A DNA stretch of 64,000 bases, taken from positions 7,068,001-7,132,000 of the forward strand of contig CATNEN010000029.1 in NCBI GenBank assembly GCA_950097015.1, in the 5' to 3' direction. Source of the DNA: Macrostomum hystrix. Lineage: Eukaryota > Animalia > Platyhelminthes. Numbering within the stretch: position 1 is the stretch's first letter; every line of letters begins with the position of its first letter. A program made the translations under genes and the position numbers. Under the pieces are notes generated by a model. The model worked only from the letters and a program-made list of their open reading frames with translations. It had not been told where the DNA came from and searched no databases. Below, piece after piece: positions 13,530 to 27,400 of the stretch.

Positions 13530-14695
13530 AATGTCCCCTCAGCAGCGGCAACCAATGTCCCCCCAGCAGCAGGCAACCAATGTCCCCCCAGCAGCAGGCA
13601 ACCAATGTCCCCCCCAGCAGCAGGCAACCAATGTCCCCCCAGCAGCAGGCAACCAATGTCCCCCCAGCAGAAGGCAACCAATGTCCCCCCGAGTAGCAGA
13701 GAACCAATGTCCCCCCCAGTAGCAGAGAACCAATGTCCCCCCAGTAGTAGAGAACCAATGTCCTGCCAGTAGCAGAGAACCAATGTCCCCCCCAGTAGCA
13801 GAGAACCAATGTCCTGCCAGTAGCAGAGAACCAATGTCCCCCCAGTAGCAGAGAACCAATGTCCCCCCGCCAGTAGCAGAGAACCAATGTCCCCCCAGCA
13901 GCAGGCAACCAATGTCCCCCCAGCAGCAGAGAACCAATGTCACCCGAGTAGCAGAGAACCAATGTCCCGCCAGTAGCAGAGAACCAATGTCACCCGAGTA
14001 GCAGAGAACCAATGTCCCGCCAGTAGCAGAGAACCAATGTCCCCCCAGCAGCAGGCAACCAATGTCCCCCCAGCAGCAGAGAACCAATGTCACCCGAGTA
14101 GCAGAGAACCAATGTCCCGCCAGTAGCAGAGAACCAATGTCACCCGAGTAGCAGAGAACCAATGTCCCGCCAGTAGCAGAGAACCAATGTCCCCCCCCCA
14201 GTAACAGACAACCAATGTCCCCGAGTAGCAGAGAACCAATGTCCCCCCGAGTAGCAGAGAACCAATGTCCCCCCAGTAGCAGACAACCAATGTCCCCATT
14301 GGTCCCCATAACCAATGTCCCCGAGTAGCAGAGAACCAATGTCCCCCCGAGTAGCAGAGAACCAATGCCCCCCAGTAGCAGAGAACCAATGTCCCGCCAG
14401 TAGCAGAGAACCAATGTCCCCCCCCCAGTAGCAGTGAACCAATGTCCCCCCAGAAGCAGAGAACCAATGTCCCGCCAGTAGCAGAGAACCAATGTCCCCC
14501 CAGTAGCAGACAACCAATGTCCCCATTGGTCCCCATAACCAATGTCCCCCCGAGTAGCAGAGAACCAATGTCCCCTGAGTAGCAGAGAACCAATGTCCCA
14601 CCAGTAGCAGAGAACCAATGTCCCCTGAGTAGCAGAGAACCAATGTCCCACCAGTAGCAGAGAACCAATGTCCCCCCGAGTAGCAGTGAACCAGA
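13530..14695. repeat. ~25-bp minisatellite
   Basis: Unit ccaatgtccccccagtagcagagaa with a variable C-run. Confidence 0.95.
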
Positions 14696-14719
14696 GCAGA
14701 GCAAAAAAAAGAACAATAA

Positions 14720-14950
14720 AATATATAAAATATATTCATCAACAATTACCTGCATGGTTACATGACGATATTTTATGAGCAGAAAAATTATGCCTATATT
14801 TGTGGATTTTGCCACCAGACACCCCTACGAGAATCGTTGAATATCTCGATGATGCCGATGTTTTGTGATTCGTGATAGTGGTTCATCGGATAGTGCAGAA
14901 AATTTTAACTGGTAGTCATGATTTCCATGGCGATTGGTTGATTGTTTAAG
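14720..14950 (+). mobile_element. Partial copy of unclassified dispersed repeat family C
   Basis: Aligns by eye with 34700-34930 (gagcagaaaa..tgccaccagacac..acgagaatc..gatgccgatg). Confidence 0.6.
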
Positions 14951-15414
14951 ACTTGTCAAAATTAGGGTTTAGTTTGCCGATACAAGTCGGATTTCCAATC
15001 TGAAAATTCAATCTCAAAGCAATTGCGAGAATGTCAACTGCATGGCATACATTAAGCATATTAGGAACCTGCATAACTAGTACCAGCTGCTCACTATCTG
15101 CTCCTTATTGAGACTAGTGAACAATGGCCGTACGAGTACAAACTGTACTTGCCAGGTTAGCCGCTAGAAAACAGAAGGCGGCGGAGGTGGTTGCCAGGTT
15201 GAGTCCTGGCACGCTGCATTGTCACATAAGAAAGACAGATATCAGACATTCTATATTCCACTAGCTCTTGTTTGTGAGTTGCTTTTCCCGCGAGCACACA
15301 TCTTCTTTCTCTAGATTGAAAAAGGACCAACTGACACATTTTAGACAACTTTCTCTTCGCTGAAATACCGACACCGCCAGCTCCCGACAAGGCGAGCGCC
15401 CGGACACTCATGGG

Positions 15415-18400
15415 ATGGCGTTTGCGGACTCCGACACTTTGGAGTCCATCGAGTTGGACGAGCTGGTCGAACGTTATCAACGACGCCGGACTCCTTCTGG
15501 GGACACCCTGTCTGGCGCATCGGCGAAGACCTGGAATTCTGACAGCGACAAGCTTGAGCAGAACTTCAAGGACAGAGGCGTCTGGAGCAGCAAATTTGAC
15601 TTCTTTTTCGCCTGTCTCGGCTACGGAGTCGGCTTGGCCAATTTTCTGCGATTTCCCGGCCTCGTCTTCAAGAATGGAGGGGGTGGGTATCCGACTCTTC
15701 TCACCTAGATGGGATCTAGAGCTTCTCACCTGCATGGGATCTAGAGTTTCTAACCTGGATGGGATCTAGAGCTTCTCACCTGGATGGGATCTAGAGCTTC
15801 TCGCCTGCATGGGATCTAGAGCTTCTCACCTGGATGGGATCTAGAGCTTCTCGCCTGCATGGGATCTAGAGCTTCTCACCTGGATGGGATCTAGAGCTTC
15901 TCGCCTGCATGGGATCTAGAGTTTCTAACCTGGATGGGATCTAGAGCTTCTCACCTGCATGGGATCTAGAGTTTCTAACCTGGATGGGATCTAGAGCTTC
16001 TCACTTGCATGGGATCTAGAGTTTCTAACCTGGATGGGATCTAGAGCTTCTCACCTGGATGGGATCTAGAGCTTCTCACCTGGATGGGATCTAGAGCTTC
16101 TAACCTGGATGGGATCTAGAGCTTCTCACCTGGATGGGATCTAGAGCTTCTCACCTGCATGGGATCTAGAGTTTCTAACCTGGATGGGATCTAGAGCTTC
16201 TCACCTGGATGGGATCTAGAGCTTCTCGCCTGCATGGGATCTAGAGTTTCTAACCTGGATGGGATCTAGAGCTTCTCACCTGGATGGGATCTAGAGCTTC
16301 TCACCTGGATGGGATCTAGAGCTTCTCACCTGGATGGGATCTAGAGCTTCTCACCTAGATGGGATCTAGAGCTTCTCCTCTGGATGGGATCTAGAGCTTC
16401 TCCTCTGGATGGGATCTAGAAATAAAAACTGTTGTCACAAAACTCTTACCCAGATGGGATCTTAAAACTTAAACAGCTTGCGAAGACATCTTTAACAATT
16501 CTCGCCAAAAAACAAAAACAACAAACAGGCGTATTCTTCATACCATACATGCTGATGGTGTTCCTTTGCGTCATCCCCATCGTCTACCTGGAAATGATAA
16601 TTGGCCAATTCTCGTCCGCCTCCACTCTGCAATTCGGCCGAGTTATTCCGCTGTTTCAGGGTGAGTTTAAATAGCGGTCGATTCTGATTTCGAGTTGTCA
16701 ATAAGTGGAAAATTATTAGACATTGTGTAGACATTGAGTAGACATTGAGTAGACATTCAGTAGAGATTTAGTAGAGATTTAGAAATTATTTATTTTGTAG
16801 AAATTTGAGTAGACATTGAGTAGCCATTGATTAGACATTGGGTGGACATTGGGTAGACATGGGTAGACATTGGGTAGAGAGTGAGTAGACATTGAGTAGA
16901 CATTGGGTAGAGAGTGAGTGGACAATTGGTAGACATTTTGTAGACAGTGAGTAGACATTGATTAGACATTGGTTAGACATTAGGTAGATATTTGAGTAAA
17001 CATCGGGTAGATAGTGAGTAGACAATGTGTAGACATTGGGTAGACATTGAGTAGACATTGAGTGACATTGAGTTGACATTAAGTAGACAACGAGTAGACA
17101 TTGGATAGTGAGTGAGTAGACAACGAGTAGACAGTTGAGTAGACGTTGGATAGTGAGTGAGTAGACAATGAGTAGACGTTCATACGATATTGATTAAATT
17201 TTACACAAAAAAGGCAAACGTTTTTCAGGCATCGGTTGGGCCATGTTCATAGTGACATTCTTCAGCATTATCTACTATCAGATTGTACTGTCCTGGGTTG
17301 TCTATTATCTAGTCAGCTCGCTCACTTCCGATCTGCCATTCGGTCATTGCAACAACACCTGGAATACGCCCGGTTAGTGTAACAAACGATTTCTTTTAAT
17401 CCACGATTTATGATTACTCAAAGCGCAGTTGAACTCAACCTTCCAGCTTGCCGTACAGTCTCTCAGTGGAATTCCACAGTCAGTGTTAAGCACACCGTGC
17501 TTTTTAGCGATGGCAGTCCCAACTTCACCGACCTAATTGCGAAAACACCCAGCGAGGAGTATTTTAGGTGAGCGTGAACCTGATCCTCTTGTAAAAATCA
17601 CTGTTTATATTTTTCCTACCTAAATCTGAACTTATTTTGTGTTTTCCTAACCGAAATCGCTTCTAGTTCCTCGGCACGCCCCTTTAGTCGCCTGGGATTA
17701 TCCTTCGGGCTTACCCTAGATTACCTTTTGGTCTTTCCCTTCCTTAAATTACCCTTCGGTTTCTTTTTGGATTCCTCTTCGGGCTTTACGTGGAATTCCC
17801 TTCGGGTTTCCCCTTCGGGATTCCCCTTCGGGATTCCCCTTCGGGATTCCCCTTCGGAATTCCCCTTCGGGATTCCCCTTCGGGATTCCCCTTCGGGATT
17901 CCCCTTTGGGATTCCCTTCAGGGTTCTCCTTCGGGATTCCCCTTCGGGATTCCCCTTCGGGATTCCCCTTTGGGATTCCCTTCAGGGTTCTCCTTCGGGA
18001 TTCCGTTTGGGATTCACCTAGGATTCCTATTTGGGCTTCTTTCGGATTCCCTTTGGGGCATCATGTTGGATCCATTTAATCTAAATTTTGCTGACTTCCA
18101 AATAAATCGCAACGCGCACATTCAGAAACTACGTCCTGGCCGAGTCCGGTGACATCGGAATCCTGGGCTCCATCAACTGGCGCCTGGCGCTGAGCCTGCT
18201 CTTCGCCTGGGCCTGCGTCTTCATCGTCCTGTTCCAGGGCGTCACCTCGCCGAAGAAGGCAAGATTATCCTTGCCTGCAGAAAAATACTTTGTGACAGGG
18301 AGTCGATCACCCAATTACCGGATAAGACGCTTATTAGAAAATATTTGGGATAATCTTATCTTATGTTATGATTGTCATAACTAGGTTCTAGTTATTAAGA

Positions 18401-21400
18401 TCATCCAAGTTTGGGATCAACTGAGGTTTGGGATCAACTGAGGTTTGGGATCAACTGAGGTTTGGGATCAACTGAGGTTTGGGATCAACTGAGGTTTGGG
18501 ATCAACTGAGGTTTGGGATCAACTGAGGTTTGGGATCAACTGGGGTTTGGGATCAACTGAGGTTTGGGATCAACTGAGGTTTGAATATAATAATATTCTA
18601 CGCTCGTAACTCCCTTTGTATAAAGGAGATTATCCCTGATTCTAACTTAAAAACGAAAACATTGGCATTTTTTCAAGGTAATTTACTTTACGGTGGTGCT
18701 ACCTTGGGTCCTGATGATCGTCTTCCTAATTGCCACGGCCATGCTTACTGGCTCATCTATCGGCTTCAGGTACTTCCTCTCTCCCAACTGGGACAAGATT
18801 AGCCAGGCTTCGGTGAGTCATTTTTAACGAGGTACTCTGCAAAAGGGAGAGATTAGTAGACACAGGGACTACGGAGAGATTAGTAGACACAGGGATTACG
18901 GAGAGATTAGTAGACACAGGGATTACGGAGAGATTAGTAGACACAGAGATTACGGAGAGATTAGTAGACACAGGGATTACGGAGAGATTAGTAGACACAG
19001 GGATTACGGAGAGATTAGCAGACACAGGGATTACGGAGAGATTAGTAGACACAGGGATTACGGAGAGATTAGTAAACACAGGATTACGGAGAGATTAGTA
19101 GACACAGGGATTACGGAGAGATTAGTAAACACAGGATTACGGAGAGATTAGTAGACACAGGGATTACGGAGAGATTAGTAAACACAGGATTACGGAGAGA
19201 TTAGTAGACACAGGGATTACGGAGAGATTAGTAAACACAGGATTACGGAGAGATTAGTAGACACAGGGATTACGGAGAGATTAGTAGACACAGGGATTAC
19301 GGAGAGATTAGTAGACACAGGGATTATGGGGAGATTAGTAGACACAGGGATTACGGAGAGCTTAGTAGACACAGGGATTACGGAGAGATTAGTAGACACA
19401 TGGATTACGGAGAGATTAGTAGACACAGGGATTATGGGGAGATTAGTTGACACAGGGATTATGGGGAGATTAGTAAACACAGGGATTATGGGGAGATTAG
19501 TAGACACATGGATTATGGGGAGATTAGTTGACACAGGGATTACGGAGAGATTAGTAAACACAGGGATTACGGAGAGATTAGTAGACGCAAGATTACGGAG
19601 AGATAAGTAGACACAGGGATTACGGAGAGATTAGTAGACACAGGGATTACGGAGAGATTAGTAAACACAGGGATTACGGAGAGATTAGTAGACAAAGGGA
19701 TTACGGAGGGATTAGTAGACGCAAGATTACGGAGAGATTAGTAGACACAGGGATTACGGAGAGATTAGTAGACACAGGGATTACGGAGAGATTAGTAAAC
19801 ACAGGGATTACGGAGAGATTAGTAAACACAGGGATTACGGAGAGATTAGTAGACACAGGGATTACGGAGAGATTAGTAAACACAGGATTACGGAGAGATT
19901 AGTAAACACAGGGATTACGGAGAGATTAGTAAACACAGGATTACGGAGAGATTAGTAGACACAGGGATTATGGGGAGATTAGTAGACACAGGGATTACGG
20001 AGAGATTAGTAGACACAGGGATTATGGGGAGATTAGTAGACACAGGGATTACGGAGAGATTAGTAAACACAGGATTACGGAGAGATTAGTAGACACAGGG
20101 ATTATGGGGAGATTAGTAGACACAGGGATTACGGAGAGATTAGTAGACACAGGGATTACGGAGAGATTAGTAGACACAGGGATTACGGAGAGATTAGTAG
20201 ACACAGGGATTACGGAGAGATTAGTAGACGCAGGGATTACGGAGAGATTAGTAGACACAGGGATTATGGGGAGATTAGTAGACACAGGGATTACGGAGAG
20301 ATTAGTAGACACAGGGATTACGGAGAGATTAGTAGACACAGGGATTATGGGGAGATTAGTAGACGCAGGGATTATAAGAGTCCTCCCACTTCAAACTGTG
20401 ATTTCACAGACCTGGACAGACGCCTCCTCACAAGCGTTTTTCTCACTGGGACCCTGTTTTGGCGGCATCATGACCTTGTCCAGCTACAACAGGTTTAAAT
20501 ATAATATTCAACGGTAAGGTTTTTCTCATTCTTTCATCTTTGATGTCTATTTTATGCTATAAAGCTCAGATTTTAAAGAAAAAAGAATAAATCTGCGTTG
20601 TCTTAACAGCTCTACTTAACTAGTAGTAAGATGCAGGTTCGAATTTGGGTTTTCCGCTTTTAAAAATAAACAGGGACGCCATACTGCTAGCCCTGCTGGA
20701 CACTGTAACGAGCTTTCTGTCCGGCTTGGTGGTTTTCGGATCGCTTGGAGTCCTGTCCCACAAGACCGGAATCCCCATCACCGACCTGAGCATCTCGGGT
20801 GAGTCATTCGAAGCTTGACTAGTCATTTTAGATTAAGAATTTTTAGTATATTAGATAAAGCGCCAGCGAAAAATTATGACTTTTTGGGTCGGATGTACAT
20901 GCTATGTGTACACCATATGTACACCCTATGTACATAGAATATTCACTCGAGGTGCATGCTATGTGCACCCAATGTACATTCTAAGGGGGTGAGTGGCAGA
21001 GCGGCTAACGCGTTCGTTAACCTCACGCCTTCCTGAGCTCGATTCCTCGGCGAGGCCACATTCATTGGGGCTGAGAGAAGGCTTGGGAGCTTCTCGTGCA
21101 ATTTACGCCCTTGAGGGCCAACCTCCGCCAAGGCACAGTGAGATTATACACTGCCTGACGATGAGAAAGTCAGAGCAGATGTACACACCTGTGTGAGCGT
21201 GTACCTGCGTACAGTATCTGTGTGCGTGTGTGCTCAGGAGTCAGCGAAATGGGCAGAATTGCCTTCTCGCTGGCTGTAGGTCTAGTGCCACCAAATTATG
21301 AGCCATTGCCCGCAGCCCTCCTGCAACTATTATTATTATTATATGCACATTCTCAGTACATTCAATGTGCAACATGATTTCGAATGAGGCGCCAGCCAAT

Positions 21401-24400
21401 CAGAGCCGGTCTCGCTGCTCTCTCCCCCCGCCCTCAGGCAGCGGGCTCACCTTCATAGCCTACCCGGACCTGTTCGAGTCGCTCCCAGCTGCACCGGCGT
21501 GGAGCGCCGTGTTTTTCATGATGCTACTACTCCTGGGATTTTCTTCCCAACTGACAATGTCGGAGTCTCTCGTCACCTCCGTGCACGATCTGCTGCCGCG
21601 ACAGTACAAAAATAAAAAATTCAGAATCATCATCTTCTCCTGCCTGTGCATTGTGGGCATCTGTCTGGGCTTGTTGTTCACTTGTCAGGTAAATTGCACA
21701 AACCATCCGAGGAGTTCAATATCCCAGAACCTGTAGGACTATGTACTGAGGTCCATGTTCCGTATCTGTCTAGGTAGCGATTGAATTCAATTACAAATCT
21801 AGATACTAATAATTGCCAGCGTACTTATTTTTGTAGGGGGTTTTAGCCTAGTGGTTAGAGCATCGGACTCACGACTTGAAGGTCGGGGTTCGATTCCTGA
21901 CTCCACTGGAACAATTTGTGTCCTTTAGCAATATAACTAAATCTGCATTGCTTCAGTTCACCCAGCTGTTAAATAGGAGCCAGCATTAGCTGGGGTAATT
22001 GAGGGTGGGTGTGGCATCCCCCAGTCCATGGACTGATTTTATTTACTTATTCTTAACACAGAACTCACCTGAACAAATTGATTGCCCACTTCAGGCGGGT
22101 ATCTACTGGTTCGAATTGCTAAACAATTTCGCTGCGGATTGGAACCTTCTCATCATAGCCATATTCTTCTCATCGTCAATCATGTACTGCTACGGCTGGC
22201 GAAGGGTTGCAGTTGATGTGCAGTTCATGTCAGGGGTTCGACCCTCGCTGTATTGGTTCTCCAGCTGGTTCGCCACGCCGTTTCTGCTTTCGGTGAGTTG
22301 GGAAATTTCTGGAATTGCTAATCAATTGCTATCTAAAAACCTCAACATTCACAGATCCCAACACTCACAGATCCCAACATTCACAGATCCACACATTCAC
22401 AGATCCACACATTCACAGATCCCAACATACAAAGATCCACACATTCACAGATCCCAACATTCACCAATCCTCACATTCGCAGATCATAAAATTCACGGAT
22501 CCCAACAACAGCTCATAAAATTCACGAATCCTGACTTTCACAGATCCAAAAATTCACAGATCCCAACATTCACAGATCCCAACATTCACAGATCTCAACA
22601 CTCACAAATCCTATGGGGATGTGACTGTTTTTTCGTTAACTAGCATCGCTGGCCATCTCACAGCTCAGCAACTCAACCAGCTCGCATTGTAACAGCTGAA
22701 GGTCAAATGGATTCTAAAGGGCATCGATTGATAGGAGTTACGAAATCCTCATCTCTCACCGTTTCTCTGAGCTGTTCATTTGAGTTCACTTTTTTCCTGT
22801 CGGTTTGGGAGTTGAGTTAGTTCTCGTCCGTCTCACCTTTAGTCTCAGCTGAGAGATCCCGTGCTTTGAGCAATCGGAGCAGTCCGGGAAGGAAGACAGT
22901 CAGCTGACTCAAAACATGGGCGTGGCTGAGTTACTGTGTGGCTGAGTTTACTTGGCTAGTAAAGCTGCCAAGATGGCTTCAAAAGCCCGTTGCGGCTGCT
23001 TTCTGTTACACACAATAGCTGCTTGAAGTAAATATAAGATCAATTGCTCATCAATACTCACATAATACCACACTCCAATGACACTCCATGACACATTCCT
23101 TAAATACTAGAATCCTTAGAATCCTCAGCCCTAAATCTCTAGAAATCCCAGCTGGCAATCCCTAAAATCCCTAGCCCTCGATCCTTAAAATCAATAGCCC
23201 TCAATTTATAAAATACCCTGCCCGCGATTCTAAGAATCATCAGCCTTCAATTCCTAGAATCATCAGCCTTCAATTCCTAGAATCATCAGCCTTCAATTCC
23301 TAGAATCATCAGCCTTCAATTCCTAGAATCATCAGCCTTCAATTCCTAGAATCATCAGCCTTCAATTCCTAGAATCATCAGCCTTCAATTCCTAGAATCA
23401 TCAGCCTTCAATTCCTAGAATCATCAGCCTTCAATTCCTAGACTCATCAGCCTTCAATTCCTACAATCATCAGCCTTCAATTCCTAGAATCATCAGCCTT
23501 CAATTCCTAGAATCATCAGCCTTCAATTCCTAGAATCATCAGCCTTCAATTCCTAGAATCATCAGCCTTCAATTCCTAGAATCATCAGCCTTCAATTTCT
23601 AGAATCATCAGCCTTCAATTCCTAGAATCATCAGCCTTCAATTTCTAGAATCATCAGCCTTCAATTCCTAGACTCATCAGCCTTCAATTCCTAGAATCAT
23701 CAGCCTTCAATTCCTAGAATCATCAGCCTTCAATTCCTAGAATCATCAGCCTTCAATTCCTAGAATCATCAGCCTTGAATCCCTAGAATCATCAGCCTTG
23801 AATCCCTAGAATCACCAGCCTTGAATCCCTAGAATCATCAGCCTTGAATCTCTAGAATCATCAGCCTTGAATCCCTAGAATCATCAGCCTTGAATCCATA
23901 GAATCATCAGCCTTGAATCCCTAGAATCATCAGCCTTGAATCCCTAGAATCATCAGCCTTGAATCCCTAGAATCATCAGCCTTGAATCCCTAGAATCATC
24001 AGCCTTGAATCCCTAGAATCACCAGCCTTGAATCCCTAGAATCATCAGCCTTGAATCCCTAGAATCATCAGCCTTGAATCCCTAGAATCATCAGCCTTGA
24101 ATCCCTAGAATCACCAGCCTTGAATCCCTAGAATCATCAGCCTTGAATCCCTAGAATCATCAGCCTTCAATTCCTAGAATCATCAGCCTTCAATTCCTAG
24201 AATCATCAGCCTTCAATTCCTAGAATCATCAGCCTTCAATTCCTAGAATCATCAGCCTTCAATTCCTAGAATCATCAGCCTTCAATTCCTAGAATCATCA
24301 GCCTTCAATTCCTAGAATCATCAGCCTTCAATTCCTAGAATCATCAGCCTTCAATTCCTAGAATCATCAGCCTTCAATTCCTAGACTCATCAGCCTTCAA

Positions 24401-27400
24401 TTCCTACAATCATCAGCCTTCAATTCCTAGAATCATCAGCCTTCAATTCCTAGAATCATCAGCCTTCAATTCCTAGAATCATCAGCCTTCAATTCCTAGA
24501 ATCATCAGCCTTCAATTCCTAGAATCATCAGCCTTCAATTTCTAGAATCATCAGCCTTCAATTCCTAGAATCATCAGCCTTCAATTTCTAGAATCATCAG
24601 CCTTCAATTCCTAGACTCATCAGCCTTCAATTCCTAGAATCATCAGCCTTCAATTCCTAGAATCATCAGCCTTCAATTCCTAGAATCATCAGCCTTCAAT
24701 TCCTAGAATCATCAGCCTTGAATCCCTAGAATCATCAGCCTTGAATCCCTAGAATCACCAGCCTTGAATCCCTAGAATCATCAGCCTTGAATCTCTAGAA
24801 TCATCAGCCTTGAATCCCTAGAATCATCAGACTTGAATCCATAGAATCATCAGCCTTGAATCCCTAGAATCATCAGCCTTGAATCCCTAGAATCATCAGC
24901 CTTGAATCCCTAGAATCATCAGCCTTGAATCCCTAGAATCATCAGCCTTGAATCCCTAGAATCACCAGCCTTGAATCCCTAGAATCATCAGCCTTGAATC
25001 CCTAGAATCATCAGCCTTGAATCCCTAGAATCATCAGCCTTGAATCCCTAGAATCATCAGCCTTGAATCCCTAGAATCATCAGCCTTGAATCCCTAGAAT
25101 CATCAGCCTTCAATTCCTAGAATCATCAGCCTTCAATTCCTAGAATCATCAGCCTTCAATTCCTAGAATCATCAGCCTTGAATCCCTAGAATCATCAGCC
25201 TTGAATCCCTAGAATCATCAGCCTTGAATCCCTAGAATCATCAGCCTTGAATCCCTAGAATCATCAGCCTTGAATCCCTAGAATCATCAGCCTTGAATCC
25301 CTAGAATCATCAGCCTTGAATCCCTAGAATCATCAGCCTTGAATCCCTAGAATCATCAGCCTTGAATCCCTAGAATCATCAGCCTTGAATCCCTAGAATC
25401 ATCAGCCTTGAATCCCTAGAATCATCAGCCTTGAATCCCTAGAATCATCAGCCTTGAATCCCTAGAATCACCAGCCTTGAATCCTTAGAATCATCAGCCT
25501 TGAATCCCTAGAATCATCAGCCTTGAATCCCTAGAAAAATCATCGGCCCTCAATCCTTAAAATGACCAGTCCTGAGTACCTAAGCTCATAATTCATTAAT
25601 ATTTGTTAGTGATGATTAATTTTGCCGTGCAATTCCAGGCCATCCTGATCTACAGCTGGGCCCAGCCGGAACGTCTGACTTACGGATCCTACGTGTACCC
25701 CATTTGGTCCCTGGTGGTTGGGTATATAGTCGCTATTCTACCAGTGTGCGCTATCATTATCGGCATCGTGATTGCGCTGTGGCAAAAGAAGTGCAAGAAA
25801 GAGCTGGTAGGTGGCAGCATATACTCACCGAGTCTTTCAAGCTTCATCCAGTTTCTGTAATTAAAACATTTCTACTCAAAAGTCGTTTATTCTTGTTTTA
25901 ACGATTCCTGATTTATCGATTGCTGATTCATCGATTCCTGATTTATCGATTCTTTATAATTCAATTCCTGATTCATCGATTGCTGATTCCTCGATTGCTG
26001 ATTCCTCGATTCCTGATTCATGGATTGCTGATTCCTCGATTGCTGATTCATCGATTCCTGATTCATCGATTCCTGATTCATGGATTGCTGATTCCTCGAT
26101 TCCTGATTCATGGATTGCTGATTCCTCGATTCCTGATTCATGGATTCCTGATTCATCGATTCCTGATTCATGGATTGCTGATTCATGGATTCCTGATTCA
26201 TGGATTGCTGATTCATGGATTGCTGATTCATGGATTGCTGATTCATGGATTGCTGATTCATGGATTGCTGATTCATGGATTTCTGATTCCTGGATTGCTG
26301 ATTCATGGATTTCTGATTCCTGGATTGCTGATTCATGGATTTCTGATTCATGGATTGCTGATTCATGGATTGCTGATTCATGGATTGCTGATTCATGGAT
26401 TGCTGATTCATGGATTGCTGATTCATGGATTGCTGATTCATGGATCTATCGATTTCTGATTTATCGATTGCTGATTTATTTATTGTTTAATTCTATAACT
26501 CTGTACTTCTTGCTAAAGCTTTTTTATTTAAGTACAGGATAGCCTCACAGGAGTCCTTCTCTGTCACCTCACTGACCCCCGCTAGCGACATCACATAATC
26601 TCCCTCGGCAATATTGTCCGATGTCTAGGAAACACGCGCACTAATAAGATACTCTGGTCTCGCTCCGATGCACTCTCCGATTGATCCCAGCTTGTAAAAT
26701 ATAAGATTCTGATCCCTAGTTTTAGCTAAATTTGTTCCCCACTCGTCCGCTTCTCGAGCCAATATGGTCAATTCGATATTGTTAGCGTTGTTCCATCGAT
26801 TGAAAAGCATTTGTTTGAAGTCCCCGAGCTCGAATCTGCGGCGAGGCCGCAATTCATTTGCTGGGCGCAGCCGCGGAGAGAAGGCTCATGTGTTTGATCT
26901 CTAAGTACACAGTGAAGAATTGGATTTCTCGAACTGTGCACACCTGGTTTGAGGATTTATTTAGACACTCCTTTAGTTATCCTTCCCGCGCTTAACAGCA
27001 ATCCATCGACAAGACTGCCACCTCCGCTCAGTCGTCAGCCAACTGGCTAACAACCTGTGCGCGTCTGGACTAATGAAAATTTCTAGATATCCTTTTTAAA
27101 GATGGGCAAAGGCTCAGACGGGCTAGGAAGCCTCACTGCCAAGCTGGCCTATAAAAACGATTTCTAATTCTTGCAAGATTTTCTATATTTTCTTAGAAAC
27201 GCATACAACCACCCGCCGACCCCCCACCCCAGCTGCTGCACCCGGCACAGAAGTGGGACGCTACCTTGGCCAATGCGTTCTACTGGCTAGACAAGACCGT
27301 GCCAGACTACATCAGCGGATCGGACCCGCCCCTTGTCAGCAGCGAAGCAGTCGGTCTGGACAATCCGGCCTTTGAGGCGCCCGACGCCTCGCCGGACCTC

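Noticed and set aside
13499-14815. Long ORFs (up to 370 aa) here and at 18753-20517, 25887-26459, 38928-39392, 41057-42312, 50154-50402, 59132-59872, 62628-62990
   Set aside because: They are translations of minisatellite units with periodic peptides, lie in introns or gaps, and have no supporting gene structure.
15620-15660. Bacterial origin of domain 1 because of the LeuT-like NFLRFP motif
   Set aside because: The gene has the standard animal SLC6 intron positions shared with domain 2, and the rest of the sequence is eukaryote-like.
21837-21910. tRNA gene candidates (also 30560-30635, 32675-32748, 63734-63790 and the SINE A heads)
   Set aside because: Imperfect cloverleaf stems, and each head is fused to a shared repeat body, so these are SINE heads.
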